From: Escherichia coli
Lineage (GTDB): Bacteria; Pseudomonadota; Gammaproteobacteria; Enterobacterales; Enterobacteriaceae
Length of the DNA stretch: 5,153 nucleotides
Reading direction: 5' to 3' (one strand)
Assembly: GCF_013315695.1 (NCBI RefSeq)
Contig: NZ_CP054358.1
The notes under the pieces were generated by a model, which saw nothing but the letters and a program-made list of their open reading frames with translations, was not told the origin of the DNA and searched no databases. Positions 1 through 5,068 of this stretch are shown piece after piece (within the stretch, counting starts at the first letter, position 1; every line of letters begins with the position of its first letter). Both the position numbers and the translations under genes were made by a program.

Positions 1-53
1 CATCCAACAAGGAGGTTTATAGCGAATATTCCCACAAAAAATCTTTTCCTCAT
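1..53 (-). CDS. kil: Colicin release (lysis) lipoprotein Kil, 5-prime portion: start codon at 53..51, 17 codons plus 2 nt before the window edge; continues at 5153..5069
   Basis: Reverse complement of 1..53 translates to MRKRFFVGIFAINLLVG followed by TG, which with the complement of base 5153 completes a Cys codon, giving a lipobox L-V-G-C. This N-terminus matches the ColE1 Kil protein as I remember it. A Shine-Dalgarno AAGGA (complement of 61..65) sits 7 nt upstream of the ATG. The gene lies downstream of cea and imm on the cea strand, as in pore-forming colicin operons. Confidence 0.85.
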   Translation of the reverse strand, partial: MRKRFFVGIFAINLLVG

Positions 54-100
54 AACTCGATCCTTATAAAATGAAAAGAATATATAACGAGGTTTAATTT

Positions 101-442
101 ATGAGTTTAAGATACTACATAAAAAATATTTTGTTTGGCCTATACTGCGCACTTATATATATATACCTTATAACAAAAAACAACGAAGGGTATTATTTCC
201 TAGCGTCAGATAAGATGCTATACGCAATAGTGATAAGCACTATTCTATGCCCATATTCAAAATATGCTATTGAACACATATTTTTTAAGTTCATAAAGAA
301 AGATTTTTTCAGAAAAAGAAAAAACCTAAATAATGCCCCCGTGGCAAAATTAAACCTATTTATGCTATACAATCTACTTTGTTTGGTCCTAGCAATCCCA
401 TTTGGATTGCTAGGACTGTTTATATCAATAAAGAATAATTAA
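101..442 (+). CDS. imm: Colicin E1-type immunity protein (inner-membrane protein, 113 aa)
   Basis: The 113-aa product [34 protein letters not shown]... is very hydrophobic with about three predicted transmembrane segments, and matches the ColE1 immunity protein as remembered. It is antisense to and convergent with cea; the stop codons overlap (cea ends at 439, imm at 442). GAGG at 90..93 lies 7 nt before the ATG. The gene is markedly AT-rich compared with its neighbours. Confidence 0.93.
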   Translation: MSLRYYIKNILFGLYCALIYIYLITKNNEGYYFLASDKMLYAIVISTILCPYSKYAIEHIFFKFIKKDFFRKRKNLNNAPVAKLNLFMLYNLLCLVLAIPFGLLGLFISIKNN

Positions 443-2004
443 ATACCCAACACCTCATTTATAGTATTAAGTTTATTCTTATCAATAAAGGCACATAGAA
501 TGCCTGTAACAATAGCAATCCCCCAGATACCTAATGTAGTTCCAGCAAGCACACTAAAAAGTAAAACAACAACATAACTAACTCCAGCATCTACAGCTTT
601 CTTCTCTAATGTAAGAAATAGCGGCTTCCAGTCACCTGTATCCTTAATTTTTAGGATATCAGATACCACATCATATCCAAAAGAAACATGTCCCGTAATC
701 TTCAAGTACTTGGCAAACTGATCTAAATGCTTAGCCCAGTCTTCATACTTAACCGCCTCCAGTGCATTGAAAATTGCATCACGGTCTGCTTTGCTGAATT
801 TCTTATTTAATACATCCTTGTATTTCTCAAAAGCAGCTAGAGCTTCATTCACATTGCTGATTTTCTTACCTTTAGATTTATCAGCAAGTTCCTGTGCCAT
901 TTTTGAATATTTTTCACCATATTTTTCAGATAGCGTTTGATAAAAGCTAACTGTTGCATCCACAGCATCCTTAATCTGCGAGTTCAGGAGATTAGTCTGT
1001 GCTGTTTTCAAATTATCTTCAGCATCATGAATACGTGAAACTGCTGTACTTCGCTTATTATTAGCCTGAGAAATAGCCTCTTGGATTCCATTTATCTCAG
1101 AGCTAATCTGGTTAAGACGCGTTTCTGATGCTGTTACCTGCTTTTGTTTTTCCTCCATCTCATCACCAGCTCTCGCCCGTAGTCTGGTGGCCTCAAAAAA
1201 AGGACGACTCTGAAGCGGATCATTCGCCCTAGGAGATAAAAGTTTAACCCTTTCATCCAGTTCTTTATATTTAGCAGATGCCTGATCCAACTCATTTCGT
1301 TTTCCGGACAGCGTATTCGTTTCTGCATCACGGGCATGAATACTGGAGCTTAAACGGGTATTGAGCGTATTAATCTCTTCATCCACTTTCGCCAGCTCAG
1401 ATTGTGCAGCAGCAAGATTTTTTTGTGCCACCTCCACAGCCCGGGCCTCTTCACTCAATGCTGCCAGGCGTTTCTCTTCATCCTCAGCCAGTTTCAATTG
1501 GCGTTCTGTTTCAGCCTGCTCCTTCTCTATCTCTTTACGTCGTTGTTCTGCTTCCTGAAAAGCCTTTTCCGCAGCTTCCGCTTCTTTACGGGCTTTTTCT
1601 TCTGCTTTTGCAAGGCGCAACCGCTCTGCTTCTGCCTGCATCGCTGCATTATTGGCATGAGCCAGGTCAATAACCTCCGGATGAGTGGAATTATGGCGAA
1701 GCGCCTCATTCACAATATCCTTCAGATGTTGAGTCAGCGCATCCCGGTTTGCTTTCGCTTTAGCCTGTGCTTCTGCGGCAGCTTTTGCTCGGGCAGCCTG
1801 TTCTGCCTGCGTTTTCTTCAATTGAGCAGTAGACCATTTAGCTGTGGCATGAATGGCTGCAGAACTTTCACTTTTGCTACCTCCAGTTCCACCACCACCG
1901 CCAGAGCCACTCCCGTCTGGATTACCATTCAAAAGAGTAATGATTACCTGCCCCTTATCATCATAAGGAACACCATCTTTATAGTACGCTACAGCTGTTT
2001 CCAT
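439..2004 (-). CDS. cea: Pore-forming colicin, colicin E1 type (521 aa): glycine-rich N-terminal translocation region, central coiled-coil receptor-binding region, C-terminal channel-forming domain
   Basis: Product begins [27 protein letters not shown]...[18 protein letters not shown] and ends ...[47 protein letters not shown] (hydrophobic hairpin of the channel domain). It is collinear with colicin E1 (522 aa) from memory, with scattered substitutions. AGAGGA precedes the ATG. The promoter with LexA boxes is immediately upstream. Confidence 0.96.
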   Translation of the reverse strand: METAVAYYKDGVPYDDKGQVIITLLNGNPDGSGSGGGGGTGGSKSESSAAIHATAKWSTAQLKKTQAEQAARAKAAAEAQAKAKANRDALTQHLKDIVNEALRHNSTHPEVIDLAHANNAAMQAEAERLRLAKAEEKARKEAEAAEKAFQEAEQRRKEIEKEQAETERQLKLAEDEEKRLAALSEEARAVEVAQKNLAAAQSELAKVDEEINTLNTRLSSSIHARDAETNTLSGKRNELDQASAKYKELDERVKLLSPRANDPLQSRPFFEATRLRARAGDEMEEKQKQVTASETRLNQISSEINGIQEAISQANNKRSTAVSRIHDAEDNLKTAQTNLLNSQIKDAVDATVSFYQTLSEKYGEKYSKMAQELADKSKGKKISNVNEALAAFEKYKDVLNKKFSKADRDAIFNALEAVKYEDWAKHLDQFAKYLKITGHVSFGYDVVSDILKIKDTGDWKPLFLTLEKKAVDAGVSYVVVLLFSVLAGTTLGIWGIAIVTGILCAFIDKNKLNTINEVLGI

Positions 2005-2051
2005 TATAAAATCCTCTTTGACATTAAAAACAAATAGTTAAAAGCAATATA

Positions 2052-2082
2052 CTGTATATATAATCACTGGTTTTATATACAG
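2052..2082 (-). promoter_or_regulatory. Twin overlapping LexA (SOS) boxes of the colicin operon
   Basis: Read on the - strand: CTGTATATAAAACCAG (complement of 2067..2082) and GTGATTATATATACAG (complement of 2052..2067). Both are close to the CTGT-N8-ACAG consensus. They lie between the -10 hexamer and the cea start, as in ColE1. Confidence 0.8.
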
Positions 2083-2086
2083 TTTA

Positions 2087-2115
2087 AAATTACGCCGCTG
2101 CATTTTCCCTGTCAA
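2087..2115 (-). promoter_or_regulatory. sigma70 promoter of the cea-kil operon (-35 TTGACA at 2115..2110, 17-bp spacer, -10 TAATTT at 2092..2087)
   Basis: Reverse complement of 2086..2116 reads TTGACAGGGAAAATGCAGCGGCGTAATTTT. This is a perfect -35 with a 17-bp spacer, and the predicted start site falls inside the LexA boxes. Confidence 0.75.
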
Positions 2116-2263
2116 CCCTGTGGATTTTCATTTTTGTGAAAACGATCAAAAAAACAGCCACCCACACCACGTGCTATTTCCACCCGATGCCACAAAAACC
2201 AGCACAAACATTACCGTTCTCAGACCTCATTATGTTTTACTGAAACCATGAGATGAGACACCT

Positions 2264-2701
2264 ATGGGACACTGTAACTTTATGGCATGGCACACACTCC
2301 GGGACGCACTGAAAATGACTGGAAGATCGCGTTCACAGTTTTACCGTGATATGCGCTCAGGTCTTGTCAGTTACCGTACCAGCCAGGACGGACGACGGGA
2401 GTTTGAAACCAGTGAACTGATCCGGGCATACGGCGAATTAAAGCGGAATGAGACACCAGAAAGGCACACTCAAGGACACTCAGAAAAACCTCATGATCAG
2501 CAGACAGAACGCATTCTCCGGGAACTGAATGAGCTGAAACAATGCCTGACGCTGATGCTTGAGGATAAACAAGCCCAGGATACGGAGCGCCGGCGCCAGG
2601 AAGCAGAACGGAAACAGCTACAGAATGAGATAGCCCAGCTCAGGCAGGCTCTGGAGCAGGAAAAGAAACGGGGATTCTGGTCCAGGCTGTTCGGTCACTG
2701 A
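2264..2701 (+). CDS. Hypothetical DNA-binding protein (145 aa): N-terminal AlpA/Xis-like helix-turn-helix followed by a charged coiled-coil segment; function unknown
   Basis: Intact 145-aa ORF in otherwise uncrowded DNA. Residues around 9-55 (WHTLRDALKMTGRSRSQFYRDMRSGLVSYRTSQDGRREFETSELIRAY) fit the excisionase/AlpA-type HTH pattern (L..a...tG.SRS..Yr....G......gg.r.f...e). The C-terminal part (ERRRQEAERKQLQNEIAQLRQALEQEKKR) is a heptad-like coiled coil. The ribosome-binding site is weak (GAGA upstream of the ATG at 2264) and the true start could be an internal Met, so the start is uncertain. A relationship to the entry-exclusion region reported for ColE1 is possible but I cannot confirm it from memory. 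Confidence 0.6.
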   Translation: MGHCNFMAWHTLRDALKMTGRSRSQFYRDMRSGLVSYRTSQDGRREFETSELIRAYGELKRNETPERHTQGHSEKPHDQQTERILRELNELKQCLTLMLEDKQAQDTERRRQEAERKQLQNEIAQLRQALEQEKKRGFWSRLFGH

Positions 2702-2781
2702 ACGCGCTCAGAAACTGATGATAAGATAATCTTCGGATAATAACTCACCGAGAATAAATACTTTAAGGTAGGGAGACACTC

Positions 2782-3201
2782 ATGAGACGTACCGGAAACA
2801 AACTTTGTCTTATCGCCATGATAACAGCAACAGTAGCTCTCACAGCCTGTACCCCAAAGGGCAGCGTGGAACAACATACCCGGCATTACGTATATGCTTC
2901 TGATGACGGTTTTGATCCCAACTTTTCCACCCAAAAAGCCGACACAACACGAATGATGGTGCCTTTTTTTCGGCAGTTCTGGGATATGGGAGCTAAAGAT
3001 AAAGCGACAGGAAAATCACGGAGTGATGTGCAACAACGCATTCAACAGTTTCACAGCCAGGAATTTTTAAACTCACTCCGGGGCACAACTCAATTTGCGG
3101 GTACTGATTACCGCAGCAAAGACCTTACCCCGAAAAAATCCAGGCTGCTGGCTGACACGATTTCTGCGGTTTATCTCGATGGCTACGAGGGCAGACAGTA
3201 A
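2782..3201 (+). CDS. Predicted lipoprotein (139 aa; signal peptide with lipobox L-T-A-C, mature protein about 116 aa, Thr at +2), function unknown; candidate surface/entry-exclusion-type protein
   Basis: Strong Shine-Dalgarno AGGGAG (2770..2775) 6 nt before the ATG. The N-terminus MRRTGNKLCLIAMITATVALTAC has a positively charged n-region, a hydrophobic core and a lipobox Cys. The mature part is hydrophilic with no catalytic motif I can recognise. The stop codon (3199..3201) lies 5 bp from the XerD arm of cer. Confidence 0.75.
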   Translation: MRRTGNKLCLIAMITATVALTACTPKGSVEQHTRHYVYASDDGFDPNFSTQKADTTRMMVPFFRQFWDMGAKDKATGKSRSDVQQRIQQFHSQEFLNSLRGTTQFAGTDYRSKDLTPKKSRLLADTISAVYLDGYEGRQ

Positions 3202-3205
3202 GTGG

Positions 3206-3235
3206 ATTTACCATAATCCCTTAATTGTACGCACC
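3206..3235 (-). other. cer: cer-type Xer site-specific recombination core (XerC arm, 8-bp central region, XerD arm)
   Basis: Reverse complement of 3206..3235 is GGTGCGTACAATTAAGGGATTATGGTAAAT, matching the ColE1 cer crossover core from memory (XerC site GGTGCGTACAA, central TTAAGGGA, XerD site TTATGGTAAAT). Confidence 0.85.
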
Positions 3236-3335
3236 ACTGAAACGCGCTGAACGCGATTCTGACGCAGACACCGCAAAAAGAGATGTTTTACCCCGGAAAA
3301 ACAGGAAGGATGCGTCAGGATCGTTTTCAGCTCTC

Positions 3336-3349
3336 TGCATAGCTATGCA
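3336..3349. promoter_or_regulatory. Candidate ArgR box within the cer accessory sequences
   Basis: Perfect 14-bp palindrome TGCATAGCTATGCA at the distance from the Xer core where the cer ARG box lies. Assignment is by position and symmetry only. Confidence 0.5.
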
Positions 3350-3425
3350 TGAAAGCGAATGGTGATCACTTTGGGAGCTTACGGTGTTCATACCGTCAGT
3401 TTTCGACAGTTTTCTCTCCGGGAAG

Positions 3426-3773
3426 CTAATCTGCCATAAGCCTGGATAACAGGGCACGGTGATACTCCGTAATAGCGATCAGCACCTCCGCATACTCCCT
3501 GTCCCCGACACGCTTGCCGTCGATAAAGAGTTTTTTCTGTAACGCCCCCAGTCTCATAACTTCTTTCAGTACCCGATCATCAGTCAGTGAGTTAACTTTC
3601 TTACCGAGAGCTGCCGCCCGTAAAAAACCGGAAACGGTCTTGCCGCATTCAGCAGCCCTTTTTCTGATTTCCTGGTCTTCTTCTGCCGTCAGACGAACAG
3701 GGCGACTGATAGCCCGCCTGCGCGTATTACTTCCACTTCGTTTTGTCATAAAACATGGCTCCGTATCTGACAT
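3426..3773 (-). CDS. mbeC: Mobilisation (relaxosome accessory) protein of the MobC/MbeC family, ribbon-helix-helix type; alternative start at 3749 gives 107 aa
   Basis: Product ...RRRAISRPVRLTAEEDQEIRKRAAECGKTVSGFLRAAALGKKVNS...LGALQKKLFIDGK... has the MobC-family signature (R.VRLT.EE...I...A...G.SVS.F.R..ALG). GGAG (complement of 3759..3762) sits 9 nt upstream of the internal ATG at 3749, so that may be the true start. The oriT-like region is immediately upstream. No relaxase gene follows. Confidence 0.85.
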   Translation of the reverse strand: MSDTEPCFMTKRSGSNTRRRAISRPVRLTAEEDQEIRKRAAECGKTVSGFLRAAALGKKVNSLTDDRVLKEVMRLGALQKKLFIDGKRVGDREYAEVLIAITEYHRALLSRLMAD

Positions 3774-3900
3774 GGGTGTCGGGGCAAAGCCCTGACCAGG
3801 GTAATTGTAATAGCGTGCATGTATGCGCGGTATAACAATTACACATCCTGTCCTGTCAGCAAGTTCGAATTACCGACAAAGGCACGGCAGTTTTTTGGCA
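3774..3900. other. oriT/bom-like region (origin of transfer) upstream of mbeC, with inverted repeat 3801..3812 / 3831..3842
   Basis: GGGTGTCGGGGCAAAGCCCTGACCAGG (3776..3802) resembles the start of the pBR322/pMB1 bom region (GGGTGTCGGGGCGCAGCCATGACCCAG) as remembered. It is followed by the inverted repeat GTAATTGTAATA ... TATAACAATTAC, a typical oriT hairpin. The nick position is not determined. Confidence 0.5.
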
Positions 3901-4032
3901 GTGACAGTATTGTCAGGCAGAAATACCCGTCAAAGCGTCAGACGGCAGAATACCGGCGGTAAAACAGTCGAAAAGTGGTACGCGATATAATCACACAACG
4001 CAGATGACAGACAGAACGGAGAAAACGAAAAG

Positions 4033-4227
4033 ATGAACAAGCAGCAGCAAGCCGTACTCAACATGGCAGGATTCATAAAAAGCCAAAGCCTGACGCTGCT
4101 CGAAAAGCTGGACGCACTCGATGCTGACGAACAGGCTACCATGTGTGAGAAGCTGCACGAACTCGCAGAAGAACTCCAGAACAGCATCCAGACACGCTTT
4201 GAAGTAGAAAATAGCACAGAGAGATAA
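4033..4227 (+). CDS. rom: Rom/Rop (RNA one modulator), 64 aa, four-helix-bundle regulator of the RNA I-RNA II kissing complex
   Basis: MNKQQQAVLNMAGFIKSQSLTLLEKLDALDADEQATMCEKLHELAEELQNSIQTRF... aligns along its length with pBR322 Rop (MTKQEKTALNMARFIRSQTLTLLEKLNELDADEQADICESLHDHADELYRSC...). GGAG precedes the start; the gene is adjacent to oriV and oriented towards it. Confidence 0.9.
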   Translation: MNKQQQAVLNMAGFIKSQSLTLLEKLDALDADEQATMCEKLHELAEELQNSIQTRFEVENSTER

Positions 4228-4868
4228 CGCTCAGGACAGGATACCGAACGGCACAACAGAGCGTAAGGAGAAAATGTCACATAAGGCGCTCTTCCGCTTC
4301 CTCGCTCACTGACTCGCTACGCTCGGACGTTCGACTGCGGCGAGCGGTGTCAGCTCACTCAAAAGCGGTAATACGGTTATCCACAGAATCAGGGGATAAA
4401 GCCGGAAAGAACATGTGAGCAAAAAGCAAAGCACCGGAAGAAGCCAGCGACGCAGGCGTTTTTCCATAGGCTCCGCCCCCCTGACGAGCATCACAAAAAT
4501 CGACGCTCAAGCCAGAGGTGGCGAAACCCGACAGGACTATAAAGATACCAGGCGTTTCCCCCTGGAAGCTCCCTCGTGCGCTCTCCTGTTCCGACCCTGC
4601 CGCTTACCGGATACCTGTCCGCCTTTCTCCCTTCGGGAAGCGTGGCGCTTTCTCATAGCTCACGCTGTTGGTATCTCGGCTCGGTGTAGGTCGTTCGCTC
4701 CAAGCTGGGCTGTGTGCACGAACCCCCCGTTCAGCCCGACCGCTGCGCCTTATCCGGTAACTATCGTCTTGAGTCCAACCCGGTAAGACACGACTTAGCG
4801 CCACTGGCAGCAGCCGTTGGTAACTTGGTTAGCAGAGCGATGATGGCGCAAATGGTGCAACAGAGTTC

Positions 4869-4898
4869 TTGAAGTAGTGGCCCGACTACGGCTACACT
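4869..4898 (+). promoter_or_regulatory. RNA I promoter (-35 TTGAAG, 18-bp spacer, -10 TACACT)
   Basis: Hexamers positioned as in pMB1; the RNA I start at about 4905 lies 7 nt downstream of the -10. Confidence 0.6.
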
Positions 4899-4904
4899 GG
4901 AAGG

Positions 4905-5012
4905 ACAGTATTTGGTATCTGCGCTCTGCTGAAGCCAGTTACCTCGGTTAAGCAGTTCCCCAACTGACTTAACCTTCGATCAAACCGCCTCCCCAGGCGG
5001 TTTTTTCGTTTA
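4905..5012 (+). ncRNA. RNA I (antisense copy-number control RNA, about 108 nt)
   Basis: Starts ACAGTATTTGGTATCTGCGCTCTGCTGAAGCCAGTTACC, identical to the 5-prime end and stem-loop 1 of pMB1 RNA I. Ends in a stem (CCGCC 4985..4989 / GGCGG 4996..5000) followed by TTTTTT. -35 TTGAAG (4869..4874) and -10 TACACT (4893..4898) are upstream. Confidence 0.85.
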
Positions 5013-5020
5013 CAGGCAGC

Positions 5021-5049
5021 AGATTACGCGCAGAAAAAAAGGATCTCAA
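5021..5049 (-). promoter_or_regulatory. RNA II promoter (-35 TTGAGA at 5049..5044, 17-bp spacer, -10 TAATCT at 5026..5021)
   Basis: The complement of GGATCTCAAG...AGATTACGCG gives TTGAGA and TAATCT, the same elements as the pBR322 RNA II promoter. Confidence 0.7.
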
Positions 5050-5060
5050 GAAGATCCTTT
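5034..5060 (-). terminator. Hairpin plus short U-run just downstream of the kil stop; candidate terminator of the cea-kil transcript, overlapping the RNA II -35 region
   Basis: Arms AAAGGATCT (5038..5046) and AGATCCTTT (5052..5060) with a 5-nt loop. On the - strand the hairpin is followed by TTTT (complement of 5034..5037). The kil stop is at 5071..5069. Confidence 0.4.
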
Positions 5061-5068
5061 GATCTTTT

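Larger units (their letters stand above)
3206..3420 (-). other. cer: cer multimer-resolution site including about 180 bp of accessory sequence (PepA/ArgR binding region, expected to contain the Pcer promoter and the small RNA Rcd)
   Basis: cer-type sites need about 180 bp of accessory DNA on the XerC side of the core. Here that is 3236..about 3420, and it contains a palindrome TGCATAGCTATGCA (3336..3349) about 100 bp from the crossover, where the ArgR box is expected. The outer boundary is approximate. Confidence 0.7.
4445..5014 (-). ncRNA. RNA II (replication pre-primer, about 550-570 nt)
   Basis: Promoter on the - strand at 5021..5049. The transcript would start near 5014 and run through the RNA I complement to the origin region around 4445, by analogy with ColE1/pMB1. 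The 3-prime end is inferred, not read from the sequence. Confidence 0.7.
4420..5060 (-). other. oriV: ColE1-type origin of vegetative replication (RNA II primer region; RNA-to-DNA transition expected near 4440-4460)
   Basis: Long near-identity to the pMB1/ColE1 ori as remembered (GGCGCTCTTCCGCTTCCTCGCTCACTGACTCGCT...CAGGGGATAA...GAACATGTGAGCAAAA...TTTTTCCATAGGCTCCGCCCCCCTGACGAGCATCACAAAAATCGACGCTCAAG...GACAGGACTATAAAGATACCAGGCGTTTCCCCCTGGAAGCTCCCTCGTGCGCTCTCCTGTTCCGACCCTGCCGCTTACCGGATACCTGTCCGCCTTTCTCCCTTCGGGAAGCGTGGCGCTTTCTCATAGCTCACGCTGT...). Boundaries are approximate. Confidence 0.9.

Noticed and set aside
1840-1925. GC-rich repetitive stretch (CCACCACCACCGCCAGAGCCACTCCC) that could be mistaken for a simple-sequence repeat
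   Set aside because: It is the coding sequence of the glycine-rich N-terminal segment of colicin ([13 protein letters not shown]) read on the opposite strand, so it is explained by the cea CDS.
1134-2037. Five ORFs on alternative frames or the opposite strand inside cea (1134..1337 -, 1361..1558 +, 1402..2037 +, 1404..1673 +, 1527..1709 -)
   Set aside because: All lie wholly within the well-supported colicin gene. Their products are low-complexity (Ser/Leu/Phe/Cys/Pro-rich), typical of out-of-frame readings of an Ala/Glu/Lys-rich coiled-coil gene, and none has a ribosome-binding site.
2697-2711. Short motif CACTGAACGCGCT, also present with one extra base at 3235..3248 (CACTGAAACGCGCT) next to the Xer core
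   Set aside because: A 13-14 bp match with one indel is within chance expectation for a 5-kb sequence, and there is no supporting structure such as flanking inverted repeats or target-site duplication.
2695-2934. 79-aa - strand ORF overlapping the end of the HTH gene and the start of the lipoprotein gene
   Set aside because: It is antisense to the strong lipoprotein start region with its Shine-Dalgarno, has no RBS of its own, and its product is Cys-rich and low-complexity.
3221-3457. 78-aa - strand ORF
   Set aside because: It spans the Xer core and the cer accessory sequences and overlaps the mbeC 3-prime end. It is more likely non-coding cer DNA (Rcd region).
3514-3795. 93-aa + strand ORF
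   Set aside because: Antisense to mbeC along almost its full length, with no RBS and no recognisable domain.
3930-4280. 116-aa - strand ORF
   Set aside because: Antisense to rom and the rom upstream region; the product is Ser/Cys/Phe-rich and looks like a frame artefact.
4272-4310. AGGAGAAAATG followed by a 12-codon ORF between rom and oriV
   Set aside because: Too short to support as a gene; the equivalent sequence in pBR322 is non-coding.
4306-4804. Three ORFs inside oriV (4306..4494 -, 4415..4786 +, 4604..4804 -)
   Set aside because: This DNA is the conserved RNA II primer region of ColE1-type origins. It functions as structured RNA and DNA, not protein.
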